Assembly (NCBI GenBank): GCA_000934665.2 | Contig: KZ538780.1 | Location: 1-48,091, forward strand | Direction of reading: 5' to 3' | From: Catajapyx aquilonaris | Taxonomy: Eukaryota | Length of the DNA stretch: 48,091 nt | Program-made: the position numbers and the translations under genes | Notes under the pieces: generated by a model | The model's database searches: none | Seen by the model: the letters and a program-made list of their open reading frames with translations, nothing else | What the model was told of the DNA's origin: nothing | Shown: piece by piece, positions 1 through 12,929 of the stretch | How the letters are laid out: the number at the start of each line of letters is the position of its first letter | How positions within the stretch are numbered: the first letter of the stretch is position 1

Positions 1-25
1 CACACACACACACACACACACACAC

Positions 26-371
26 TCTTGTCTTGACTAAGGCGTGGGGACGGACATTGATCACTTTTCACTGCGAGTGTAAACTGATCTAACCTAACCT
101 AACCTAACCTAACCTTACCTTACCTAACCTACCCTACCTAACCTACCCTACCCTAAGTAACCTAGGCTGAGAAAAATCGACTTTTGTGAAACCCTACAAA
201 TGAAAATAGTGGGGACATGTCCCCACTAATTTACACATGTCCCCACTGTAATGGTACACTTCGCGTGTGTGAGACTGTGGGGACCGACAAATGTCCCCAC
301 AATTGGAACTGGTCCCCACAGCTACAGTAAAACCACAGACTTCCGTCCCCACACCTTAGTCAAGACCTGAT
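26..371. mobile_element. Non-autonomous TIR element embedded in a (CA)n microsatellite, copy 1
   Basis: TIR gtcttgactaaggcgtggggacgga (30-54) / tccgtccccacaccttagtcaagac (342-366); internal (TAACC)n-like tract and gtggggacatgtccccac palindrome; (CA)n on both sides. Confidence 0.75.
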
Positions 372-389
372 CACACACACACACACACA

Positions 390-661
390 GACCTGTCTTC
401 ACTAAGGTGTGAGGACGTGGAAACTAAACTAAACTAACCTAACCTACCCTACCCTACCTACCCCAACTAACCTATAGGCTGAGAGAAATGGAATTTTGTG
501 AAACCCTGCAAAACGAAATAGTGGGGACATGTCCCCACTGTAACTGTGATATTCTCGTGGGTCAAGCTGTGGGGACCGAAAATGTCCCCACAATTGGGTC
601 AACGTCCCCAGAGTTACAGTAACACACCTGTTTCCGTCCCCAGACCTTATTGAAGACAAGA
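390..661. mobile_element. Same CA-embedded TIR element, copy 2
   Basis: Colinear with copy 1, diverged; TIRs at about 395-417 and 634-657; (CA)n at 372-389 and 662-677. Confidence 0.75.
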
Positions 662-1847
662 ACACACACACACACACTTCCTCAACGTGGGGCCTGTGCG
701 AAGGGTTGCTTCAAGACCAGGATAAAGTGTCCAAAAGAATTTGAGCCCCATAGTACAGTACCTCTCACATTTTCTGCTGTGATTTCGCTCAGTCTCTAAG
801 TTTAACCCATAAAACCGGCCATGGAATCTGAACACTTGAGTCAATTCGTTCATGTTTGCGGACAAACATTGCCGACTGTGACTAATTATGTAATTGTAAA
901 CCTATTCTTTGGGAAAGCTTCGGAAACCAATAATTCCTCTCGCCATCAAGTTTCGCTGCTTCTACAACAGTGTTACCAGTTCTGCAACTGCAAGCAACGC
1001 CCGCTAATTGGCTTTATTGCGAGCCACTTACATAATCCGACGTCGGAAACACGCCAGATTAAAGCCGGCAGCGATTCCTGAAATTCTCAGAGCGATATTG
1101 GAGTCCCTTGTTCTGGAGTTATTAAAAGTACCTGCCGCTCATTGTTCATGTCTGTAGAGCACGTCAGTATACTTAGCGAAAACATGCGACGCATTCTGGA
1201 GTGTAATATTGTGAAAGACACAAGCAAGTACTTAGCACCGTGAACACAATAGACAAATGAAGACGCAAAAGGGATCAAGTAGGGAAAACTTTTAATTAGT
1301 ATGACGCCTAGGAAGAATAATCCGTTAAAGAAAATGTGGAGTTTTGAGGACTGAGAAAAGCGAGATTTGTGTGACGTATGTACTCTTTGGACTAGCGCAA
1401 AATGGGGCGAGGGTTGTAAAGGGCTAACGAGGGCACTACTTACGAGTGATGGAGTGTGCAGTGAAAAATTACGATAATATTATTTGAAAAAGGAGGGACT
1501 CACGAGAGAAATATTTTCGGAGGAACGACTTAGGAGGCAGATTTATGAGAAAGAAAATTATTAGAAAATTGCTTACGGATCAAGGGCTTACCAATACCAA
1601 AGTACAGTGTTCAAAGACAATTTTAGAAAGAAGTGCAGTGCATTTTTGTACCTATAGACAATTAGTTAACAAAGAAGCACCGCACAAAAAATAGTATGAC
1701 GTACTGTGCATACTGTCCTTTTGACAAGCGAGAAACGCAATATTAAACCACGTTAGCGTCAATATAGGCTCACTTTAACCAACGTAAGACGAATATGAAA
1801 GACTAGGACTGTTATTCTTTTGTTTCTCTACCTCTTATATTTTTCAG

Positions 1848-1939
1848 AGCGTTCATACCAATCCATATCGTAGAAGAAGATAGCTACGAGAAGGATGTTC
1901 TCTTCTATGTCCAGCTGGGAGAACCGAAGCAGCTTAGTG
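1848..1939 (+). CDS. Calx: Na+/Ca2+ exchanger (SLC8/NCX) internal exon, CBD2 (Calx-beta) region; gene begins upstream of the window
   Basis: ttttcag acceptor, gtgagt donor; translates AFIPIHIVEEDSYEKDVLFYVQLGEPKQLS, matching the CBD2 EEYEK...F.I.LGEP motif. Confidence 0.92.
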
Positions 1940-3419
1940 GTGAGTTGTCACACTGACACACCCCTATTGTCACTGACATCCACTCCCATCAGTATTGCTT
2001 ACGATTAGATGGAGATAATGCGTACTTTATTTCCTCACATAAAGTGCAATTCGGCATTTCACCAATAGCTGTGTCACGTATACATGCATCCAGTAGCTGC
2101 TGAACCACTACATTACCTAAAGTAAATGAAAGACCAAAAAAATATTGCCGAATTGTCATCACAATAGTTTTGTGTAATAATATAGTAATTGTGTACATGT
2201 TGCAGTCTTAAAGTGGGCAGTAATTAGCATGGTAGTCTCGCACATCCTAAAAATGAGCCACGCTGAAAAGACTTGTCAATGTTTACGACACATAATGTGA
2301 GCTTTGACAAACTTTACTACTCATCATTAGTAATAAAGCTGCAAAGTCAAGTCACTTGGTTGCTATCAGAGCATTAATATCGATAGCCTCACATCTCATG
2401 GGCTCGTTAAACTGTCGATTTATAACACCCTTGATAACACCTTCCACTGAACATTATTACTTTGTGATTACAAGTATGTAGCTGGTGCATCTCGATGCAG
2501 GAATAATACCTTACATACGATGTCCTCGGAATATGTACGTACAAAATGTGGCATGTATCCGGCTAGAGCATCTTACCCAGCCTTGTCATTACTGATCAAG
2601 TAACATTATTACCGGTACATCTTCACAAAAGTCAGTTCGTACAATGAATGTTACTGCCAAGTGTGTGGGACCTGAGAATGACTGCGATATGTACAGTACG
2701 TATACCTAATACATAGTGGGAAATGAGCGTGCCTTATATGTATGAAGTTTCATCGTTGTGGCGAATAATGATTTTTTGCACTGCTTGTGGTGTATCGGTG
2801 TGCAGGCTGTAATTGTTTCACGATCGGCCTCTCGTGTCGTGAAACATTGTTGTGGTTCTGCATGTTGAGAGTTACGCCTGTGATCATCGATGCTGTCACA
2901 ACAAATCCCACGTGCAGCATTTTTGATTTGCAGCAGCTGGAAAAATGGTCACCAGAAAAAGATCAAAAAAGTAGAATCCCCCCCCCTTCCCCCTGCCCTG
3001 GCCTCCCCCAAATATTCCGTAAATGCTGTACCCCACCTGAACTCACAGATAAGTGAGATTTAATTAGTTGACATAGCATTTTCTCCACGCTTTTTTCAGG
3101 AGGATAGCCTGCATAGGAGAGTTAAGGCGCATATCAATAATATCATATGTCACTCTTTTATAGCATGACTATAATATGCAGTAAGTAGTCCTAAGTAAGC
3201 ATATTACAACCATCCTTTTTTTCTCTCTGATCTTGTTTTCATGTGGCTGTCTACTGTTTGTTCCTTTTTCTTGGTGACCTGCAACTTGGAACGTAAAAAG
3301 TAACCGCCCAACTCTCTCTTGTATGGCATATACGTGTATATTTTTTTCCTCCTCGACTGTGTGAATTTGTACCCAACACTTTCTGTAGCTTTTTTTCTAA
3401 TAGTCTTTTTCCGATGCAG

Positions 3420-3446
3420 TGTTGGGAATAGATGCGGATGATAATG
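3420..3446 (+). CDS. Candidate 27-nt cassette microexon in NCX CBD2 (VLGIDADDN)
   Basis: ttctaat branch-like motif, pyrimidine tract, tgcag acceptor, G|gtgtgt donor; frame-preserving phase 1-1; no transcript evidence. Confidence 0.4.
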
Positions 3447-5589
3447 GTGTGTTGGCAACGTTGGTTTGTCTCACTGGCTTTCTTTCCTTCTCCTCTTTTT
3501 TTATCTATCGTGCTCTATGCTTCGACTCCGCACTTCTATATGGTGTAAGTTGGGAATACCAATGCTTCTGCTCTTTTGCATGTCGCATGTTGCCTTTGGG
3601 TGCGTGTATGTTTCCGCTTGTATGCTGCTTGTAGGTGTGAAACCTACGATAACATCTGTAGCCCGTTGAAACTAAACCATGTTGTCACATCGTTTATCAA
3701 ATCTATATATGAACAAGTCAACTTTCATGGATGCGGAGTACACCAAATTAACGGAATGTTCAGGACAGTGTATATTATGTACACTCGCACGCACGCACTA
3801 TATCACTACTCTTGTCTCACTCTGAATAATGATTCATGGTTACAAGTATAGTCTAACGATTTCTGCCTTTTTTTCAAACAGTGACACGTGCACGAATCTA
3901 ACGTTATCTCTCTATTCGTCACATTTACTACACTTTTTGTTACTTAGTATACATTTTATGCACTTTATATACACTTTTTATAACCTCGACACGTAATTTA
4001 TAGTACCATTTTGCATGGAAAACAGCAATACGGAATTACGCGGAAGCCCATAGAGACCACGTCAGAAATAACTAGGACACGAATCAAATGAGCATGAACC
4101 TTGTTGACCGATAATTCCGTTTAAGACGCACGCAGTGCACCCATCTGCACCATTTTGAGACATCTCAGGCTCATTTGCGACGTCTCCAGTTATGCGAGAA
4201 GCGGTCCCTTTGGTCTCGTACGCTCAAAGTAAACATTACTCCAGTTTCAATCAGTAGTTTTATCGTCGCTGTTTGCTGGAAATGCCCTGCTTCAAAGGTA
4301 GTCGTTCGAAGCGAAACATGGAACTATCCACCGCTGCTCTGGTATCAAAATCGAGCTTCGTGCTGGAAATGACTCAGGATACTGTGTGTGTCTTATTCAT
4401 TTCTCAGCAGTCCTTCCACGCCACGTAGATCAGGCTAGCAATTAACCTATATCATTCCATTCGCAAAATTGCTGCAGCTCAGCAAGCATGACGAGAATCT
4501 TGGGCTCACTCGATAGAGTGGTATCAAAATGAGAGGTATTCGGCATAACGTGCTTCACGCAGACAGGAAACTTCTTCCTTCTCCTTAAGGCAGCTCAGTA
4601 ATGGTAAACACCATCAAACTTCCACTACAATATGCTATAGTTACAGTTAGCAACTTTGCCAAGCCTACTTAATACTTCGATAGGCCTGTAGGTCAAAATT
4701 TTTAACTAAATATTGGGATGTGGATTATATTTTCCAGTTCTATAATATTGTGCTAATTGTGCAAACGGAGATATGGCAGCGCCATTCGGTTGGTTTCATA
4801 CGTATTCACGAATGCAGCCAATCAGAATGTGCGCGAAATTATTTAGAAGCTGAACAGGACATAATGCACTGATCACAAGAGTATGCCGCAAGTTTGTTCG
4901 TTGCACTCGTGTATTTACTTATTTAGTGAATATGATATCAGTTCATTCCACGAATTGCCATGCCGGAATCCAGATAAGGCTGGTTTTCATGATCAGTCTT
5001 ATTTTAGCTGAAAATGTAAAGCCTTGTCTGACTTGCTCTATTTTCCAATATACAAGTAAAAATTCCTTCTAGTGCCACTAAAGATTCAGGACGAAGTCCC
5101 GTTTCCAGAATGATCGAATTCTCTCTTTTGTTGGGTCTGAAAGAACTGGCGGTGCCTCCGCTCTCTTCTACTCGAATCTTCTCAATGGGGCAAGAACAAG
5201 AACCCACCTCACAAATGCCTCCTGTTGCAACTATTCTTTGCCCTTTTCGAAGAGTAACATGTGGATAGTTCCAATCTAATAATTGTAGCAGTCGCACCCA
5301 CTATTATTTTTTTCTGGACAGCTATGTAGCCTACTGAAACTGAACAAAATGAGCGAAAAGATTTTTAAAAATGCATGCATTATATACACTCTTCATTTGC
5401 CTACTCAGAATCCATGCCTCGAAAATAAACAGGCACTGATGTATCATTCTCTTTAAAAATGAGCTAAAACGTTTCCCTCTCCGGGAGCCATGTCGTTAAC
5501 TGAGATTTAGTGTTGAAGAAGCGAAGCTTTCCGCATAACACACCAAGGACACTTGTCTTGCATGACTGGTCCCTATCTCTCTCCCCCAG

Positions 5590-5601
5590 AACAACAAAAA
5601 G
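5590..5601 (+). CDS. Candidate 12-nt microexon in NCX CBD2 (EQQK)
   Basis: ccctatctctctcccccag acceptor, AAG|gtagag donor, frame-preserving, TGCATG at 5559-5564. Confidence 0.3.
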
Positions 5602-5817
5602 GTAGAGTATAACATGCACGAATTTCGAGGCAAGGATTCAGTTATGGCCTGTCCAAATGTGTTTCATGCAACCAAAAACCGGTATGTCATCAATCACGTC
5701 TACTGAATAAGAAACACAATTGGCGACGAGGACCATAAGGCTCCATGACTTGCATTCTCTTAGCGGAACTTGTGATGGTGGCAGCCCACTAACTGATTAC
5801 TTGCGGCCATTTTGCAG

Positions 5818-5960
5818 ACGACCCAGAGGCCATGCAGGAACTGGAGAGGAAACCTCATTCCGAACTGACGGAGGATGAGAAGATCGCCCTGTTGGGAAGA
5901 CCAAAACTAGGGCCTCAGTCACGAGCCCAAATCCGCATCAAGGAGAGTAAAGAGTTCAAG
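5818..5960 (+). CDS. Calx: NCX exon, CBD2 FG loop and G strand
   Basis: tttgcag acceptor, gtgggg donor; DDPEAMQELERKPHSELTEDEKIALLGRPKLGPQSRAQIRIKESKEFK (cf. NCX IA.MGRP.LG...I.ES.EFK); phase fits both neighbours. Confidence 0.93.
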
Positions 5961-6543
5961 GTGGGGAATTACTTTCTTGACTTTACTCGGGTTCCCTGAT
6001 GCCTGCTAGAGGGGGTTAAAATACTTCAAACGAGGGACATTGTGGTACCCGTGTTTGAAGCGAATTCCTACAAGTAGAAAGGTTACATTTCCTCAAGCAT
6101 TACTGAAGTTCTTGGTCCCCAGTTCGAGGCCACGCGCTAACGGGATGATGTTATAATCACTATTCAGGGATGTGCGCAGTAATTCGCAGCGGGTCGATTT
6201 TGATCAAATTGTTATGAGTGGAGCATTCGCGAAGAAGGCTGTATTGTTGTTTGAAATTGCTTACTGGAAGTAAAATGAAAGTAGATTTAATTTGTACTAG
6301 TTTATAATGCCCTTTATAACTACTTATAAACTTCCAAAGTTCTATTCATAATGAGTATTCATAATGCAGTATCGATCATTATACGATAATGTAACCATAT
6401 GGTTGAATTCTCCACAGATATCTTGTAAGAGCTGCTGTTTTTGTTGTAGTAGAGTTACTATAGCTGAAATTGGCCAGAGCCACTGTAAGCTTCCAGGCAA
6501 AAAAACAACAACAAAAAAACAAACCAAGATGCACACTTCCTCC

Positions 6544-6796
6544 TCGAATTTAGGTTTTTCAGAATTTCCGAGACTAAATTACACCTGTTAATTTTGGCGC
6601 AGATGTGGAGATAAAAGCTTGTTAAGTTTTACACGCGACCCACCAAACTTCCTTGTTATTTGGGTGGCATAGCGTGCAGGATGTGCCTTATCACAGCCTG
6701 TAAAACTTAACACGCTAGTATCTCCGTAAGAAGCCAAATCGCCCAAATTAACTACGGTAATTTCGTATTAGACAGTCGCAAGAACCTAAATCCGAA
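6544..6796. repeat. Degenerate inverted repeat (old foldback MITE)
   Basis: ggagataaaagcttgttaagttttaca pairs with tgtaaaacttaacacgctagtatctcc; outer tcgaatttaggtt / aacctaaatccga. Confidence 0.55.
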
Positions 6797-8412
6797 TTAT
6801 GGCATTGTCACTGAAAGATTTGCTGTTGTTCAGAGTATTTCAAAAAATTCCACAGTAAAACTAATCCTCAGATATTCGCCAATCCACGGCATCTAAATAA
6901 CACAAATAGACATGCCCACTTAACCAAATATTTCACTGTAATTCAATTTTATTGGAACTTTCCCCGATATCGGAATAACACTTAGCAATATCCGTTCTAA
7001 AACTACCTTTATCGAAACAAAATTCCGATATCGAAGAATGCTAATTTGTAAACTTTTGTGCATTGCTAGTCTGGTATAAAACATTGCTATCCCTGTGAGA
7101 TACCTCGGTAGACTTTTGACTATACACTATAGCATGATCTTATGACGCTGTTTGTTCCTTGCGGCATCTTTTGAGATGACCGGTACAGTACATCCCTCGG
7201 CAACCAATAATGTCGCAAATCCTTGCCTGGATGGACCCGTATGGCCCAACTTTGTTAGCAAGGCAAATTACAGCCTCGATGTGCAATTTCCCTACCAGTT
7301 CCCATCACTACTCGCTATCCCCCCCACTCTCTCTCCTCTTCTCCCCATTCCTGGCAATCGATTTGGACGCAAGTTTATTGGGTGAATGAGGTTGAATTAT
7401 TGCGGGAGACACGACCACTTTGCACAATTTCGGGATTTCAATCTCGGCTTATTCCAGCGAGTTACTGGTCAGCGAGAGAGGTTAGCCATCCGTGAAAATG
7501 GTGTGCTACGTGCTGGATAGGGTTGTGTCAAAATTAGCACACTTAATTCGTATATTAATAAATGTGATTTCTCCCAGCATTGCATTTATTATAACAGGAA
7601 ATATTGGTCATCTTCACCATATCAAGAGGCAAATTACATTTACGTAATAACTGCTGAGGTTTATCAATCAGTCCCTTTCTCAGAAATCGAATTGAAAAAT
7701 GGCTCTTGATGTTCCAGGTGGGGTGAACACCCTAAATATTGCAAATTTTAACAATTTCTTGTGATTATAAAGTTCTTCCTTGGGACAGAAAACAAACAGG
7801 AACAATTGAGGTTGAAAAGTACAAGGATAACTTGACAAGGTATCCAGTAGATACTGTAGTATGGTGCATCAGCATAAAAATCTAGTAAGTTAAATATTTA
7901 TTTAATTATCTAATAAAACATAAAATCAGACAGGAAAGCTTTTTACCTGTACCAAGTATAATTAAGGTGTTAATTTGTGGATGGTGCACCAAAACATCTG
8001 ACAAAAGAAAAGTTCATCCTCGGCAACAGTTTTTAGCCGCGCTTGTCCTAAATTAGCGAAGGGGAAAAGTTAAAGGCGTAGTGGCAAAGGTTTTTATATC
8101 CCAAAAAACAGCATCAGCGTCACTCCAATCCCAATATAGGTACAAGGCAAATCCTTTATTACCCTAATTTTCCTCATTGTGTTTTCGTTGCCAGTGTCTT
8201 GCCTCAATTGATATTTTCACATCATATTTGTATCACATAAGGCATTGTAGGTGTTTTTGAAATTTTTTAGTCTCATGCCGATCACGAATCGCATAACTAG
8301 ACAACACCTATCTTGTTTCAAATGCACGAATGGTTTACTCCTTATATCTTGTTAAACTTATTTATCATTTTAGCTATCCACAAAATTCATTAAAATTTAA
8401 CTATTATAACTA

Positions 8413-8738
8413 CAGTGGAGCATCGATTATCCGAACACCGATCAACCGAACCATCGGTTAACCGAACGTTTTCGGGTCGGCAAAAATTGGCATTTTCCCC
8501 CCTAAACTGTATAGGACTACTTTATGTAAAGGACACTAAGGTATATGTACAGTATTTTAAAGACGTGCCTGTGACAGAAAATATACAGTTTTGTGGTTAA
8601 TATCACTGTTTCTTGGTTTCATATTGCTCCTATGACATCGGTACAATTCTTTTCCGTAAATGATCGGTTATCCGAACAATCAGTTATCCGAACACCCCCT
8701 GATGGGCAGACTCTGTTCGGATAATTGATGCTCCACTG
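8413..8738. mobile_element. Tc1/mariner (pogo/Tigger-type) MITE
   Basis: 25-bp TIR CAGTGGAGCATC(G/A)ATTATCCGAACA (24/25), TA on both sides, subterminal TATCCGAAC repeats. Confidence 0.9.
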
Positions 8739-9119
8739 TATTCACATTTTCAATCATAATAAGTGTAGACCTCATTACTGTTTCATCGTTGGCTGGGATA
8801 AGGTAAAGCTTAAAATGCAAATCTCAAGGAGCATTTTAAAATTATTCCCCCTATAGCAGTTGTGTCTTTTGTGTCAAATTAATAGAAAACAGTGCAAAAA
8901 AATACATAGGCTAAGTATTGTGCAAAGGTAAGTAGATATAACATACGGTATTTCAGTAACGTTGGAATAGTTCCTTATTCATATTCAGTGATGACCACAT
9001 TGTCTTATAAAACTGGAGGCGTCCCATGCAGTGTTGAGGACATGATGTTACTCTCTGCATTGCAGCTCTTCACTTGGTGATTCCAGAGTCTCTAATGTAC
9101 CTGTTATTATTATTTTCAG

Positions 9120-9219
9120 AACACTGTTGACAAATTGGTGCAACGAGCAAATCAGTCCCTTCTGATCGGTACTTCCTCGTGGAAGGAGCAATTTATAGAG
9201 GCCATCACGGTTAGTGCAG
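9120..9219 (+). CDS. Calx: NCX exon, end of large cytosolic loop
   Basis: ttttcag acceptor, gtaatc donor; NTVDKLVQRANQSLLIGTSSWKEQFIEAITVSA, a highly conserved NCX motif. Confidence 0.96.
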
Positions 9220-9439
9220 GTAATCGTCTTCGCAATCTGTCACTGCGGAACTCTATCCACTCTTCTAACTTTCTCTTTTCTGGTAGTCGCGTCGGGGAGG
9301 CCAACTCTGTCTTGAGCCGTACGGTGCGATTTATTCCAGGTTTCTCCAACCGTTCTGAAGCCCGTCAAAGAGTCTGGTAGTGTTATCGTTCATGTCCAGG
9401 AGGGGGAAAAAATGTTCGACGAAACTCCCCCCCCCCCCC

Positions 9440-9454
9440 NNNNNNNNNNNNNNN
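9440..9454. other. Assembly gap inside a poly-C run
   Basis: Run of N. Confidence 0.99.
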
Positions 9455-9943
9455 CCCCCCCCCCCCCTTCCCACCACTCGGGGTTCAAAGGCTCTAGAAT
9501 GGTCGTATGAGTTCGAATGAAATAATGACTTCTTACCATCTCTTGATGGACCACCGAAAAGTTGGAGAAACCGTGTTTGTCTAGGTATAGCGGTTATTTC
9601 GCAATATGTTGTTCGTATAAGTTATTTATTATGACAATAATTAAGTCGAAGGATATTTGCCGATTTATCATGTAATGTGGCGTGTGATTTTTAATACGTA
9701 GTCTTTACTATTATACAGAGTGTTTATACGGTTGACGATTCGAGGAAGAGGACGGGAAACAGATGGATTAATCATCCCTGGCGCTGTAAGAAAAAAAAAA
9801 AAGAGCTGCTGACATGCAAAAAGGTTAATGAAAAATTGAAAACCCTTATCATACCTTGAGCCTAATCTGGACTGGAGTTCGAATTCGGACGGCTAACTCT
9901 TCGCCTACCTCTTGGGATCGTCAACTTGGGCATAGACACACCC

Positions 9944-10000
<57 letters not shown>
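9944..10000. repeat. (ATT)n microsatellite
   Basis: Direct inspection. Confidence 0.97.
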
Positions 10001-10002
<2 letters not shown>

Positions 10003-10099
10003 CAATGGAATATGAGGGGTGAGAATCAAATCGGAAGCTGAGCTCAAAAATTGTCATTGAGGCGTATGATAATTATCATTTCCAGTAGGCTACTATGTA

Positions 10100-10689
10100 C
10101 GAGGGCCGTACTAAAATTATTTACAATATTATAATTTTTTTTGCCACAAATACAGTGCCCGTACAGGTCGGAAAATAGTCACATATTATAGATAGAATCC
10201 TCCTAGAACCGAATACACAAGAATCATGGGTGTAAAATCTCTCCGTGCCCTCCAGGAACCATTTTTTGGAGGTTCGGCGCACCCCCTCCCGGACAACTGC
10301 TTACACTCAACAGTGTCCTCGAAATTGCATCAGTGAATAAGTTTTTTTCGTGGATCTGAACAGGTGGAAAGTCACTGGGGGTCAAGCCGGGTGAGTGCAG
10401 CGGGTGTGGAAGCACCTAAACCCAGATCCATGAAATAAAGAAAGAAAAAAAAACTTCGTCGACGCCATTTCGAGGACACTGTTGACAGTTGTTTACGTTG
10501 TTGATTGTGCACAGTTGTCCTGTAGTGGGTGCGTCGCACCTCCAAAAAGTGGTTCCTGGAGGGCCTAGAGAGGTTGACACACTGTGGTGGAAGTGCATTC
10601 GGTTCCAGAAGGATTCTAGGTATAATGTGTGACTAACCGTATTTGTGGGGGAAAAATAAATATTGTAAATCATTTGAGTACGTCCCTCG
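10100..10689 (-). mobile_element. Palindromic mariner-derived MITE
   Basis: TA-CGAGGG...CCCTCG-TA ends; imperfect arms of about 230 bp; central minus-strand remnant LPHPLHSPGLTPSDF (mariner HPPYSPDLAPSDF motif). Confidence 0.88.
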
Positions 10690-11616
10690 TAATATCCTCT
10701 TGATTCCTTGTGATACTCTCAAAAGAGAACCTAAGTCCGACTGGAAGTGCACACCTTCACAGAAACAACCTATATTCAGTATATTTCAGTCTACATGTGT
10801 TCTTCATAGGAATAAAATATATTGTTCATTGGAAAATATTGTTAAATTGAATAACAAAACCCGGTGTAAAGCTTAGCCTATGTCTTGCTGTGGAAGGACA
10901 GTTTTCCGGCCTGTTTTTTTTGTCTTTTTCGTTTTGATTCTCACATATGCAGTTATTCCTGTTCCACGTCACCTGGGAGAGGTAAGAATACCAAGCAGGC
11001 CTGCTATATTAATCATTACTATACGACTGGTAAATCTTGGGCAGGATCACACTCAATCTTTATGGTGCTCGTAATCCAGTAGGTGAGTATACGCCTTCAC
11101 AAAATGCAGTCATGTAAATTGCACCAAGCTCGTAAAGGATCTGTGTAAGAGTGATGAATCCAAATACTATGAATTAATGTATTCTCGTAAACAATGCCAT
11201 TTTTCGGTGGACTGGAACGTTTACGAGCACAAATCAGCAGTAGTGGCGCCATATGTAGCTCCAAATGGTGGTGTTGGAGTTTTCTTTTTCTCTTTTGAAA
11301 GTTACAGGAGGGAGCATTGTACAGGACGTCACGTAATGCTCCTGGGGGGTGGTTGCACTCCAGTGTTACGGATCGTTACAACAAGGGGTTGGGGTTGGAT
11401 GTGCACTATAAAATGCCAATAATCCCCCGAGTCTCTGAACTGTATTTTTTGTGTGAAATATTATGTTCAATCATTCTTGAATACTTTTTTGACTGGCGGA
11501 AGACATATGGCTGATCTTAACGTACTTGTGTTTATTCATATTACATTTAATAATATTAGGCTATTCCCACAGATTCTTCACAAATATCCCTAAATTGTGC
11601 ATGTCGATGATGTACC

Positions 11617-11824
11617 CCCGCGAGCATAAAGATGGAGACGGCAGGCCCTTTTTTGACCTTTCTTTATCCGACTCAAATTAATGAACTATTTTTTGGACCG
11701 AGTTTGCTGCTTCAAGCGTGTGTCCGTGTATTTATGACAGTATATTTGATACCGTAATTGCTGAGATTGACAGAGAAGCCTGCCGAAGGTGAGGGCCGGC
11801 CGTCTCCATCTTTATGCTCGCGGG
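11617..11824. mobile_element. Short MITE
   Basis: 26-bp perfect TIR CCCGCGAGCATAAAGATGGAGACGGC; TSD unclear. Confidence 0.8.
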
Positions 11825-12869
11825 TGATACCTTCCTCTGAAAATGTTACGAAAAGTGAGGGATTGATTAATTGCACATTAATGGCTCAAACGCGGCATTG
11901 GCTATGCTGCTCCAGGACAGGATTAAACGAGTGAAACTCAACAAATTACATTAAAGAACACAAATTAACTTCCTTCAAGGGTAATTAAGAGAGCAAGCAC
12001 GCATTTGGCTGCAGTTTGGAAAACAGTTTTGGGGATTCACTCTAACCTCCCCATGTGGAATCAGCACCCAAAAAATCGTGAAATTGGGGAAAATACCAGA
12101 ACTTCCAACTGGTTTTGATATGAGTTTTTCATACATTCCTAAATATTTGCCGGATAGTGCAATTTTTCATGGCAGCACGGTAGCACATCTAGCCCAATGA
12201 GGGGGATTGGAAGCTGCTCTCTGTGGAGCCGACCCTGCAAATCAGTACACTGATTCATTAATTATGTGGTCAGGAGCTCCTGGATAGGCTCAGACCCGCA
12301 GCCTTTTATGACCCTAGTAATCCTGTTCGGTTGATTTACGCTGTCCACAGATCACCTCTAAATCCCAACGGCAGGGACTTTTCTAGCCTTTCAGGAAATC
12401 GAGTGAATCCTCTTCCTTCTTTTTGCGGATGTTGCCCCTCTTTTTTTTATCCTTTTTTTAACCTCCCTGGGCAATTTATCTAGCCGTTCATAAGATCCAA
12501 TGGGGCTTCATTAATCCACTTCTTTGTTGAAAGAAAGGATTCATAGGATGAATTTCAACCTCGGATTCACAGTCCTATGTTCCGTTATGTTCTACTTACT
12601 GGCCTCAGGCACAGTGCGAGAAGTGAATTGACATGTTGTTTTTCTACGAGTAAAAAAAAAGGTATGAGAAAGGAAGCTGGAGGGGCGCGAGAGGCGCATT
12701 CCACTAAGCTATGAAAAAATATCCATTTCTTAAAATCAATCCTGCAAGAGACCATTTAGGGGAGAGCAAGTTTTCTATTGATATGAACTCGTGCAGATGT
12801 AATAATGTTGTCATGATATATGCTGCCTGATAACACTAGGATGCCTAGGAGTGTGGGTTTATATTAAGT

Positions 12870-12929
<60 letters not shown>

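Noticed and set aside
89..473. (TAACC)n as a true telomere or chromosome fusion site
   Set aside because: Short, degenerate, internal to a repeated TIR element and located in an NCX intron
2787..3056. 89-aa ORF as an alternative CBD2 exon
   Set aside because: The gtgag donor is in the wrong phase and there is no convincing NCX similarity
9262..9340. Extra exon after 9219 (branch point, pyrimidine tract, tag at 9286)
   Set aside because: No frame-preserving donor, and an in-frame TGA follows
9856..10047. Poly-Ile/Asn/Leu ORFs (also 22768-22987)
   Set aside because: Translations of (ATT)n microsatellites
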